From: a virus
Lineage: Duplodnaviria; Caudoviricetes
IMG/VR virus record: IMGVR_UViG_3300042558_004043
Reading direction: 5' to 3' (one strand)
DNA length: 64,000 nt
Below the pieces are notes generated by a model, which worked only from the letters and a program-made list of their open reading frames with translations, was not told where the DNA came from and made no database searches. Below, piece by piece: positions 28,708 to 37,367 of the stretch. Within the stretch, counting starts at the first letter, position 1; each line of letters begins with the position of its first letter. Position numbers and translations under genes: made by a program.

Positions 28708-28961
28708 GACACAAATATACGGCGGGGTATTGACTTATACAAATCTACTTATCAACAATCTTATTTGTTAAATCTCTTGGTTGGTATTAATCTGTGCCGT
28801 ACCTTTGGTTGATGCCTTTCTGTATGGGGGAAAGTATAAAGCATCATGCTAAGTTACGGCCCCCAAGGTTAACCACCAAACAATTTAACATATATAGTTA
28901 TTAACAATGCTTGTGTATGTCCCCGTTCTGACATGACATCATTAGAGACCGTTTAACAACA

Positions 28962-29140
28962 GGGGGGACCCACCATGTCAGACTGTCATATATGGGGGTG
29001 TATGGGGTATATAGGGGGGTGGGTCCGTATAGTGGGGGTATCCCCCCTCCCCCTCCCCGTCATATTGTCAGTAAAAAGGGGGGATAATCCCTTTTGCAAA
29101 ATATGGAAATAAAATTCTGGAAAAATTTTCCAGAAAATTT
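28962..29140. other. G-run/C-run locus with G-quadruplex potential and palindromes
   Basis: G5-TGTAT-G4-TATATA-G6-T-G3...G5, then C6-T-C5-T-C4; near-palindrome TTCTGGAAAAATTTTCCAGAA. Confidence 0.7.
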
Positions 29141-29337
29141 TGGTATTTATATTAACCCCTCCGATGATAGTATTGTCGGACCGACCCCATCTCTAATAAA
29201 GGTGGGGTTTTTTATTTCCCTATATATTGACCCCCCATTCTAAAATGTCCTCTAATGTAGAAAAAAAATTTCTGGAAAAAATTTGACAATTTGGGTCCCC
29301 ATTGATTATTCTTAACTAAAATAAAAAATTATATATT

Positions 29338-29661
29338 ATGAAAAAATTTACAGACGAACAAATTAGGAATGCGTGGTTGGATGTCCATATGGTTTTGGGG
29401 TTTAGAATTTGGAACCATGTTGAGGACATGGAAAAACAAGATAACCCTAAAAATAAATTTCATGAAATGACCAAATCATTGATTGAAGAATATCGTTCAA
29501 CTTCTAATGAAGAAGAAGGTGTTTTTATGATTGGTAATCAAAATGTAAAATTCATTGATTTATATGATGGAAATTCTGAATTATACGACCATGTAATTAT
29601 GGAATCTTATTTTAATGATTATAATAAAAAGTTTAACCTTGAGGAATCTTTGGTTAATTAA
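29338..29661 (+). CDS. Hypothetical protein
   Basis: 107 aa; TTGACA at about 29283. Confidence 0.75.
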   Translation: MKKFTDEQIRNAWLDVHMVLGFRIWNHVEDMEKQDNPKNKFHEMTKSLIEEYRSTSNEEEGVFMIGNQNVKFIDLYDGNSELYDHVIMESYFNDYNKKFNLEESLVN

Positions 29662-29792
29662 CTTTTGATGTGATGTATATTGAAATCCCCCAATCAAGAT
29701 AGAGAGGGGGATTTTTGTTTTCCTCCAATGTAAAAAAAAATTTGACAATTTGGGTATTATCTTATATCATTAGGTAAATTAAAAAAAACATT

Positions 29793-30227
29793 ATGAAAAA
29801 AATTCTTTTAGTATTGATGGGAGCGCTAGTCCTTACCTCCTGTGAAAAAGGGACATCTTATGGGAAACTTAATGGACAGTCTCCATCTTATTCAATGACC
29901 GTTCAAGGTGAGAACGGAGATAAGACAACTTGTGATATTAACTTTATGATTGAGGATGTTATTGTTGATTCCTTGAAAATATCTGAAAAGGATATTAAGG
30001 TAATGTGTGAGAGAGCATGTTTGTATTCAGATTTTTCTTGTAAGTATCCAATGACATTTAAGTTTAGTCCAGACTCTCGTCCATTTTTAAGTTATGGTGA
30101 GAAAGGAATTAGTGTATTGGTTACAGGGTCAGCAAAGAATGCCTTTGGTGTTGAGGATGTCATTTCAACCATAATCCCATTTGACTCAACTTATAATGTT
30201 GTATCTTCTGAGATTTTCTCAATCTAA
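29793..30227 (+). CDS. Lipoprotein
   Basis: MKKILLVLMGALVLTSC lipobox. Confidence 0.8.
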   Translation: MKKILLVLMGALVLTSCEKGTSYGKLNGQSPSYSMTVQGENGDKTTCDINFMIEDVIVDSLKISEKDIKVMCERACLYSDFSCKYPMTFKFSPDSRPFLSYGEKGISVLVTGSAKNAFGVEDVISTIIPFDSTYNVVSSEIFSI

Positions 30228-30350
30228 TTTGTTTTATGTATAATATATTCCCCCTTTCTTTTGATTGGGGGTTTTTTATTTTATAAAAATTTTTTTCTAC
30301 GGTTCCCGATTCCCCCAACCCCCTTTTTTATTCTGAGTATATTTATTATT

Positions 30351-30884
30351 ATGAATATTAATGAAGAATTAAATAGAATCAAAGAGGTTATGGGTTTATC
30401 CGAGGCGTTGGATACTAAGTTAACACCCGAACAATTAAGTAGTTTTAAAGGTCAAGACACTAAAGAATTTCAAAATTTCTTTAACAAGTATTATAAATTG
30501 AATTTACCTGTTGATGGTAATTGGATGTCATCTGCCTATAACAATGCCATGAAAAAATATATTGAGGAGAAAAAACTTCCTCTTGGTGTATGTAAGAAAG
30601 GTGATGGTTATTGTAATGATGCTTATGAAGGCGAGGTTTATACAAAAAGTATAAAGGAGTTAGATAATTTCATGAAACAAGATATGAATGTATTAACATC
30701 CGGAACTACCCAATCTAAACAAACTCAAACTGCATCATCTCAGAAAATTAATACAACTCACGATAAAACTTATGATTATAAGTTGGAGAATAATAAATAT
30801 TATTATAGTTATAAGGGAAAAAATTCTTGGGTTGAGGCGAAAGGAAAATCTTTGGAGGCTATTAAGTCAAAGGTTAAATTCTAA
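30351..30884 (+). CDS. Leader-type protein (MNINEELNRIKEVMGLSE) with possible peptidoglycan-binding-like segment
   Basis: KEFQNFFNK...LPVDGNW resembles a PG_binding_1 helix-DG motif. Confidence 0.7.
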   Translation: MNINEELNRIKEVMGLSEALDTKLTPEQLSSFKGQDTKEFQNFFNKYYKLNLPVDGNWMSSAYNNAMKKYIEEKKLPLGVCKKGDGYCNDAYEGEVYTKSIKELDNFMKQDMNVLTSGTTQSKQTQTASSQKINTTHDKTYDYKLENNKYYYSYKGKNSWVEAKGKSLEAIKSKVKF

Positions 30885-31015
30885 AATTTTTTTCGACGGT
30901 TCCCGATTCCCCCTACCCTCTTTTTTTAAAAGGGTTCCCCATTGTTGAAAAAAAATTTCTGGAAAAATTTTGGGGAATTGGGACTTTGTGGTATCTTTGT
31001 CAAAAATTAATCACA

Positions 31016-31948
31016 ATGAGTAAAGTTACAATGGAAATCGGACAACGTTTAATTATTGAGAAGTATGTGCAAGATGCTTATGACAGATTGAAGAATGTTC
31101 CAAACCCCAAAATGACAGATAGTCTTCATAAATTCATATGTGATTGTGTGGGACATCTTCCAGCAACCTATGGTCCAAAGATTCAGAATAAAATTATTCG
31201 TGAACTTAAAGCCATTGTTGTATCAAGTGATAAGGAACGAGGTGACTTTAGAAAGAACATCACATTCTTTGAGGTTAAATGTTCATTCCTTTCAAAGGGG
31301 GTTAGTTATTCAATTACCAATATTCGTAATTGGCATAACTTTGACTATTATGTTCTTTGTTTTATTGATGTTACCAATAACTTTACTCCAAACTTCTATG
31401 TTATCAAAAAGGATGATATCAATAACTTCAAACTAAGGGGGATGAACGGTACTGCTGAATCTAATACCGTTAATCAGAATGTTGGTATGCGTACTGCCAT
31501 TCAAGTTGATTCCCCTGATATGGAACTTTTGAAAAGTTTGAATCTTTTGAAGGACAATAGTTTTGAATCTTTGTATGAGTTTGTTGATTCATTCAAGATG
31601 AAGAAAGATAAACCAAAAGGATATAAGTTCAAATTCCTTGATAAAACATTTGATAGTGATAATACCACAGAAAACTATATCAATTTTTTGAAGTTCTTTA
31701 TTTTAATTAATCGTACTTATGAATATTGTGGTCTTGATATAATTAAAGCTTCTTTGGGTAAATTCTGTTCATTCGACCGTCAAAAATTATCCCCATGTTC
31801 TCGAAGGAAAAAGCAATATGTGAGATTATATGATGCAATATATGTGTCAACATATACATCGACTCAGAAAAAGATAAATCATATTAGAAAGATTATGGAG
31901 CACTATAATTCGGGGGTCAAACATTCGGTATCTATTGAGGTTTTATAA
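31016..31948 (+). CDS. Putative PD-(D/E)xK endonuclease
   Basis: RGD...FFEVKCS motif, FDYYVL; behind a TATCTTTG promoter. Confidence 0.45.
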   Translation: MSKVTMEIGQRLIIEKYVQDAYDRLKNVPNPKMTDSLHKFICDCVGHLPATYGPKIQNKIIRELKAIVVSSDKERGDFRKNITFFEVKCSFLSKGVSYSITNIRNWHNFDYYVLCFIDVTNNFTPNFYVIKKDDINNFKLRGMNGTAESNTVNQNVGMRTAIQVDSPDMELLKSLNLLKDNSFESLYEFVDSFKMKKDKPKGYKFKFLDKTFDSDNTTENYINFLKFFILINRTYEYCGLDIIKASLGKFCSFDRQKLSPCSRRKKQYVRLYDAIYVSTYTSTQKKINHIRKIMEHYNSGVKHSVSIEVL

Positions 31949-32033
31949 AATTTTTTTTCGTCGGTTCCCGATTCCCCCAACCCCCTTTTTGATTATCTTT
32001 GTATTTATTAATATATTTGTAAAAAACAAACAC

Positions 32034-32723
32034 ATGGATATTAGAAAATTTATTGATATGATTAAAGATTTGGAATCCAAGAATATTCAAATGGGTGCCG
32101 ATGGTTTGATGGAAGCAATCAAATTAAACGGTATTAATAGTTCTTCCAAATTAAATGAATCTTCCCTTAATCGGATTTACTCACATATAATGGAACATGA
32201 TTGCGCCGTTATAACCGCATTTCGTAAAGAACTTATAAACTGTTTTTCGAATGAAACCTCTGAAGAGTTAAAACTTCGTGATAACAAAAGTCGAAACAAA
32301 GGTTTGAAGGCCGCTCTGTTATATTTAAAATATGCTCTTACAAAAGTTGAAGGTTCTTATATTGAAAATTATTTGGCCGATAATCAAAAAGAAGTTCTCG
32401 AGGATAGTTATTTTGTTGTTAATCTTAAAGATGACCCAAAATTCATTGAGAATATAGTTAAACTCGGTGAGATTTTTTGTCAAGATAGTGTTATGATTAT
32501 GGAAAAGGGTGGCGAAAATAATTATTTGGTCGGAACAAACTTCCATACGTTTCCTGGTTATGGAGAAACCCGTGAGCTTGGACATTTTAAACCCGCCATT
32601 GAGGCTGAGTTTATGACAAAGGTTGGAGGTAGACCTTTTAGTCTTGAGTCATTTGATATGTTGCAAAACAACACAAAGTATCTTGTTAAGGAATATGCAA
32701 AACCAATATTGAATTTATTGTAA
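32034..32723 (+). CDS. Conserved phage protein (DUF3293-like)
   Basis: LNESSLNRI, AVITAFR, RNKGL, EDSYFV and QDSV motifs. Confidence 0.5.
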   Translation: MDIRKFIDMIKDLESKNIQMGADGLMEAIKLNGINSSSKLNESSLNRIYSHIMEHDCAVITAFRKELINCFSNETSEELKLRDNKSRNKGLKAALLYLKYALTKVEGSYIENYLADNQKEVLEDSYFVVNLKDDPKFIENIVKLGEIFCQDSVMIMEKGGENNYLVGTNFHTFPGYGETRELGHFKPAIEAEFMTKVGGRPFSLESFDMLQNNTKYLVKEYAKPILNLL

Positions 32724-32788
32724 AAATTTTTCCCTTCGGGTTGTCAATCCCCCTACCCCCTTTTTTATTTTGAGTATATTTATCTTAT

Positions 32789-33064
32789 ATGGACTACATT
32801 ATAAATTACTCACAACTTGAAGCACACATTCGTAGAAGATTTTCTATTGAAGACATAAATCAGATTATACGTTCAGTTAAGAAACAGATTGAATATGGTG
32901 ATAGTGTGGACACGGCGGTGTATGATACAATCAGAGAATATATTGCATTAAGACGACCTAACCGTATTAATGACGAGGGGACCGAACAAGAATATTGGGA
33001 CTCTTATCTTAAATATGAAATCCCCCTTGTTGAATTTGTTAAACATGTTTTGGAATTAAAATAA
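32789..33064 (+). CDS. Leader-type hypothetical protein (MDYIINYSQ)
   Basis: Behind the 45 bp repeat and TATTTAT. Confidence 0.75.
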   Translation: MDYIINYSQLEAHIRRRFSIEDINQIIRSVKKQIEYGDSVDTAVYDTIREYIALRRPNRINDEGTEQEYWDSYLKYEIPLVEFVKHVLELK

Positions 33065-33138
33065 TTCCTAAAATTTTTTTTCGTCGGTTCCCGATTCCCC
33101 CAACCCCCTTTTTTTAGTTCATATATATTTATCATTAT

Positions 33139-33546
33139 ATGAATTTCAAAATATCAAAATTACAATATGATTCAATAGTCAAAAAATTGTTTTCAACATT
33201 TATTGGGAACATTACTTTTGATAAACTTAGGATGAACCAACGTGATTATATTGAGTTATTTGATAAGAGTGGCGATAATTTTGCCGATATTTGGAAAAAT
33301 AAATCTAAAAGATGTAAAAAAAGTTTGAATCTTTATATTAATAAATCTGAATTGATGGAAAAATTTTCTCCTGTATTCAGAAAAAAAATGTTTGCAAAAT
33401 CTTTGATTAAATATGTTTATGAAAAAACAAATATTAAATGTGATTGTGTGACATTTGAATATAGTACAAAATATGTGTATAATGACGATGGAGAAGTAAT
33501 CGATATGACCTTCAAAAATTATGAGTATAAAAGAAAGAAAAAATAA
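33139..33546 (+). CDS. Leader-type hypothetical protein (MNFKISKLQ)
   Basis: Behind the 45 bp repeat and TATTTAT. Confidence 0.75.
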   Translation: MNFKISKLQYDSIVKKLFSTFIGNITFDKLRMNQRDYIELFDKSGDNFADIWKNKSKRCKKSLNLYINKSELMEKFSPVFRKKMFAKSLIKYVYEKTNIKCDCVTFEYSTKYVYNDDGEVIDMTFKNYEYKRKKK

Positions 33547-33604
33547 TCCTATATTGACATAGTAACTCATTTTGTTTATCATTATGAAAAATTAATTAAA
33601 CAAT

Positions 33605-34747
33605 ATGAAAAAAACATTATTTTCTTTTATCCTAACCGTATTGAGTATTTGTTCATTCGCTCAAAACACGGTTGTTGACATTATCGTTAACAGTACTGAA
33701 CATGACACATTGGAAGCTGCGGTAGTTGCTGCGGAACTTGCTGATGATTTATCGGGACCTGGTCCATTTACAGTTTTTGCTCCGACAGATGCGGCGTTCG
33801 CGGCACTTCCTTCTGGTACAATTGAAACCCTATTGACCGACCCAACTGGAACACTTGCTCAGATTTTATTGTATCACGTTGTTGGCGGTACAGCTCTCTC
33901 AACAGATTTGAGTGACGGTCAAACTATTACCACCTTGCTTGGTGAGGACATCACAGTTACAATCGGAATGAATGGTGTGATGATTAATAACGCGACGGTT
34001 GTTGTTGCCGACATCACGGCTACCAACGGAGTTGTTCACGTAATTAATGCCGTCCTTCTACCACCAGCTCCACAACCAACAACTACTGTTGTAGATGTAA
34101 TTGTTAATAGTGATGTTCACAATACACTTGAGGCGGCTGTTGTTGCGGCAGGTTTGGTGGAAACACTTAGTGGTACTGGACCATTCACCGTATTTGCACC
34201 AACTGATAACGCATTTGCGGCACTTCCTGCCGGTACAGTAGAGACCTTGCTTGCTGACCCAACAGGTACTCTCACACAGATTCTTCTTTATCACGTAGTG
34301 GGAGCTCAAGCTCTTTCAACTGACTTAACTAACGGACAGACTGTGGCGACACTACAGGGACAAACTGTAACAGTTACTATTAATGCTGATGGTGTATTCA
34401 TTAATAACGCTCAAGTTACAGTTGCTGACATTGTTACAGATAATGGTGTTATTCACGTAATTGACGCAGTTCTTTTACCACAACAACCAAGTTTTGTTTC
34501 AAATGGTGAAACAATCGGTAGTGTGGATGTTTATCCAAATCCGGCAAATGATATTCTAAACGTTTCAACAAATAATCAAGGTGTAATTGAGATTTACTCA
34601 TCTGAGGGTAAGTTGATTAGCACAACAAGTTATTCAGGTCCAAACACTGTGGTTAATGTAGAAGAATTGAGTAGAGGAAATTACATTGCCGTTGTTAGAG
34701 ATAATAACGGAACAGTTCAGTTGTCCAAATTCACAAAAAATATTTAA
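33605..34747 (+). CDS. Fasciclin (FAS1 x2) protein with signal peptide and T9SS type A sorting domain
   Basis: Signal ends SFA/Q; two FTVFAPTD..F...HV...NGV.HVI repeats; C-terminal VYPNPAND...G.Y...KF.K. Confidence 0.92.
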   Translation: MKKTLFSFILTVLSICSFAQNTVVDIIVNSTEHDTLEAAVVAAELADDLSGPGPFTVFAPTDAAFAALPSGTIETLLTDPTGTLAQILLYHVVGGTALSTDLSDGQTITTLLGEDITVTIGMNGVMINNATVVVADITATNGVVHVINAVLLPPAPQPTTTVVDVIVNSDVHNTLEAAVVAAGLVETLSGTGPFTVFAPTDNAFAALPAGTVETLLADPTGTLTQILLYHVVGAQALSTDLTNGQTVATLQGQTVTVTINADGVFINNAQVTVADIVTDNGVIHVIDAVLLPQQPSFVSNGETIGSVDVYPNPANDILNVSTNNQGVIEIYSSEGKLISTTSYSGPNTVVNVEELSRGNYIAVVRDNNGTVQLSKFTKNI

Positions 34748-34768
34748 TAATTAAATTATTATAATTTT

Positions 34769-34797
34769 TAACCCCTCCCACAAAGAGGGGTTTTTTA
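34769..34797 (+). terminator. Intrinsic terminator
   Basis: AACCCCTC-CACAAA-GAGGGGTT followed by a T-run. Confidence 0.85.
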
Positions 34798-34826
34798 TTT
34801 GAAAATTATTTCCTATATTTATTATT

Positions 34827-35258
34827 ATGGAAGAAGAGAATAATATTGGTTTAACCGCATGGGATAATTTAACCACAACAACTACTGGTGATTACTTAGT
34901 TGCGGGAGGTAGCATTTTATATAATTCATATACCACATATAGTTCTCCATATGATATGGATTTTAAACTACCTGATATTTTTTTAAAGGTTATTAAACTA
35001 ATGATTCCTGAAATTAAAAATGTCATTGTACGTAATTCTTCCTTGAATATAGATTCATTGAATCAAATCGGAGAATTAACAATTAACTTGTTTATTGTTT
35101 TGGATGAAACATCTTCTTGTGACAAGAACTACGAAGAAAGAATTCGTGATTTGTTTAGAATGTCATTTCCCGACATTGATTATGTTACGCTAAATGTTAA
35201 ACAATTTGATTCTAATAATAAAAAATTCTCTGAGATTCTTAGATTGTTTGTTAAATAA
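34827..35258 (+). CDS. Hypothetical protein
   Basis: 143 aa ORF behind TATTTAT. Confidence 0.75.
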   Translation: MEEENNIGLTAWDNLTTTTTGDYLVAGGSILYNSYTTYSSPYDMDFKLPDIFLKVIKLMIPEIKNVIVRNSSLNIDSLNQIGELTINLFIVLDETSSCDKNYEERIRDLFRMSFPDIDYVTLNVKQFDSNNKKFSEILRLFVK

Positions 35259-35428
35259 TGTTTTGGTTTCTATTTGGTTTTTTTATTCTAATTGCAGCTC
35301 TTATTGGGTTCGCGGCCGAATTCTTTGAACAGATGAAGACAAGTGAGTATGAGATTGTTCGAATCATCTATTGGATTTTTGTTGTCTGTATATGGGGGTC
35401 CATTCTTGTTTGGTTAATAAATTTCTAA
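35258..35428 (+). CDS. Small membrane protein (56 aa; not in track)
   Basis: MFWFLFGFFILIAALIGFAAEFF...; two TM segments; TAATG coupling with the upstream gene. Confidence 0.65.
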   Translation: MFWFLFGFFILIAALIGFAAEFFEQMKTSEYEIVRIIYWIFVVCIWGSILVWLINF

Positions 35429-35495
35429 AAATTTTTTTCGTCGGTTCCCGATTCCCCCCTACCCCCTTTTTTTGTTTTGAGTATATTTATATTAT

Positions 35496-36491
35496 ATGAA
35501 AATTTTATTAACTGAAAATCAATTTGAATCTTTGATGAAAAGACATTCGGGTTTGATTAACGAATCATCCGATTGTGAAAAAGATTTGTTTGATAAAATC
35601 AATAACTGGAGACTTAAGGCGATTTTCAAGGACCCAATCAATAAGATTGTTAAACCCCACGCAAAAAAATGGGCCGAGAATAATGATAGAGAAAAATATG
35701 ATGAAGTTCTGACAATGATTGGCAAAAGTCAATCTGAGATTAATTCCATTTTGGATATGTCATTTGTTTATGATGAGGGTGGAAACTGGGATAGAATCAA
35801 TAAGTTGAATACCAACTATTCTGATACGGCAAGGCTCATCATTGATATCTTCAAAGACCAAGGAAAAAACTTGTGTGATGTATATAAAAATTTATCTGAT
35901 GGTAATAATTCTGATTTGACGAACGTTGCTCGTGATATGTCACTTAATCCCACAACATATTGGGATAACTATCTGTCGTTAAATCGTGAAAAGTATACCC
36001 AAAACAACAAGAGAAACTCTATGATGGGAGATACAACCGAAAAAATTGTTGTTGATTACCTATTGGGTAAAGGTTGGAAATTGGTCTATCAATCCAAAGA
36101 GGGAAGTCCAATTGATACCAAACTTTCAATCGATATCATTATGTTATCTCCTGATAACAAAATTGCAAAAATCCAAGTTAAAACCGTTGGAACAATCAAA
36201 CAGGTTGAATTTACTCCTTGTGAAAAAAATGATATTCCATTGACAAACAAAAAACAATCTGGTGGGTATAGCGTTTATACAAATGGAGGAATTATTTTAA
36301 GAGAAGCCGATATTAATCTTGTTGCTTATGTAACAATGTCAGGTAATCTTTTGATTCTTAGAAAATATTCTCCCGTTACGGTGTCAGGTAATAAGTGCGT
36401 GGATACTCCCGTTAGTCAATTCCCATCAAGTCCAAAGAAAGGATTATTTTTTGTGGACCACGAATCGGTTGTTTTCTCGAAAATCAAATAA
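35496..36491 (+). CDS. Leader-type protein with putative PD-(D/E)xK nuclease domain
   Basis: MKILLTENQ...GLINE leader; GDTTE...IDII...KIQVK motif. Confidence 0.55.
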   Translation: MKILLTENQFESLMKRHSGLINESSDCEKDLFDKINNWRLKAIFKDPINKIVKPHAKKWAENNDREKYDEVLTMIGKSQSEINSILDMSFVYDEGGNWDRINKLNTNYSDTARLIIDIFKDQGKNLCDVYKNLSDGNNSDLTNVARDMSLNPTTYWDNYLSLNREKYTQNNKRNSMMGDTTEKIVVDYLLGKGWKLVYQSKEGSPIDTKLSIDIIMLSPDNKIAKIQVKTVGTIKQVEFTPCEKNDIPLTNKKQSGGYSVYTNGGIILREADINLVAYVTMSGNLLILRKYSPVTVSGNKCVDTPVSQFPSSPKKGLFFVDHESVVFSKIK

Positions 36492-36539
36492 GTTTATTTT
36501 TATTTGACAATCTGAAATTTCATTATTAATTTTAAAATT

Positions 36540-36737
36540 ATGAAATACATTATCTTAATTTTATTGGGAGTTGCAGTTGCAGTTTTTTCCTCCACTCATT
36601 TTTTAACTAAGAGAGAACCTGTTAAAAGTATCGATACAATTATCTGTAAAACAGAAGAGGGTTATGGAGAAGACATTGATACCGGAGAAAAATTCTTGGT
36701 AGTTAGAACAGTTTGTGATACAATTTATAAAAAATAA
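36540..36737 (+). CDS. Small membrane-anchored protein
   Basis: N-terminal hydrophobic helix; TTGACA upstream. Confidence 0.7.
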   Translation: MKYIILILLGVAVAVFSSTHFLTKREPVKSIDTIICKTEEGYGEDIDTGEKFLVVRTVCDTIYKK

Positions 36738-36743
36738 TTAAAT

Positions 36744-36950
36744 ATGAATATAGAATTTGAAACCCCCCACCTTGTGTTATGTATCAGAAATTACTATGGA
36801 ACAATGGAAGATGGTCGTGAATTTACCATAGTATCTCATAGTAACTATGGTAGTGTATGGATTGAAGATATTGAAACTGATGATGAATTAACAGAAGAAG
36901 AACTTGAAGAAATCAGAACAAGTTTCTATCAAAATGTGGATATTGGATAA
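36744..36950 (+). CDS. Hypothetical protein
   Basis: 68 aa acidic ORF. Confidence 0.7.
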   Translation: MNIEFETPHLVLCIRNYYGTMEDGREFTIVSHSNYGSVWIEDIETDDELTEEELEEIRTSFYQNVDIG

Positions 36951-36960
36951 AAAAAATAAT

Positions 36961-37299
36961 ATGAAAAAAGAAAAAGCAAAAATGGCTGTGCCAAAGAAAG
37001 AAAAAAAGTCAAAGGTATCTGAAAAAGTTGCGGTCGAAACCCCAAAAACAATTTCAGTTAAAATGGTTGAGTATTACAACACTATGGTTGTACGCGAACC
37101 AATTCAAATTAATGTTGCGGATTATCCTGAACTAAACGGGATGTCAGAAGAAGAAATGAAAGACTATATTAAAGATAATTGGTCTGACATGAAATCAACA
37201 AATGAAGAGTGGTACGATTCCCTTTATGACGAATGTATGCAATCGGATGTAATGAGAGAAAAGATTACAGGTGAAGAACAAGAATGTTATTTTGATTGA
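36961..37299 (+). CDS. Hypothetical protein
   Basis: Basic N-terminus, acidic C-terminus; start adjusted. Confidence 0.7.
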   Translation: MKKEKAKMAVPKKEKKSKVSEKVAVETPKTISVKMVEYYNTMVVREPIQINVADYPELNGMSEEEMKDYIKDNWSDMKSTNEEWYDSLYDECMQSDVMREKITGEEQECYFD

Positions 37300-37315
37300 T
37301 AAATGATTAAAATTG

Positions 37316-37345
37316 AACCCCCACTCTTTTGAATGGGGGTTTTTT
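37316..37345 (+). terminator. Intrinsic terminator
   Basis: AACCCCCA-CTCTTTTGAA-TGGGGGTT followed by a T-run. Confidence 0.75.
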
Positions 37346-37367
37346 ATTTTATAATATATTTATTAAT

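Larger units (their letters stand above)
30285..35473 (+). repeat. Six copies of a ~45 bp intergenic repeat AAAATTTTTTTCGTCGGTTCCCGATTCCCCC(A/T)ACCCCCTTTTT
   Basis: Copies at 30285-30329, 30883-30927, 31947-31990, 32722-32766 (variant), 33070-33115 and 35427-35473, all in the same orientation. Confidence 0.9.
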
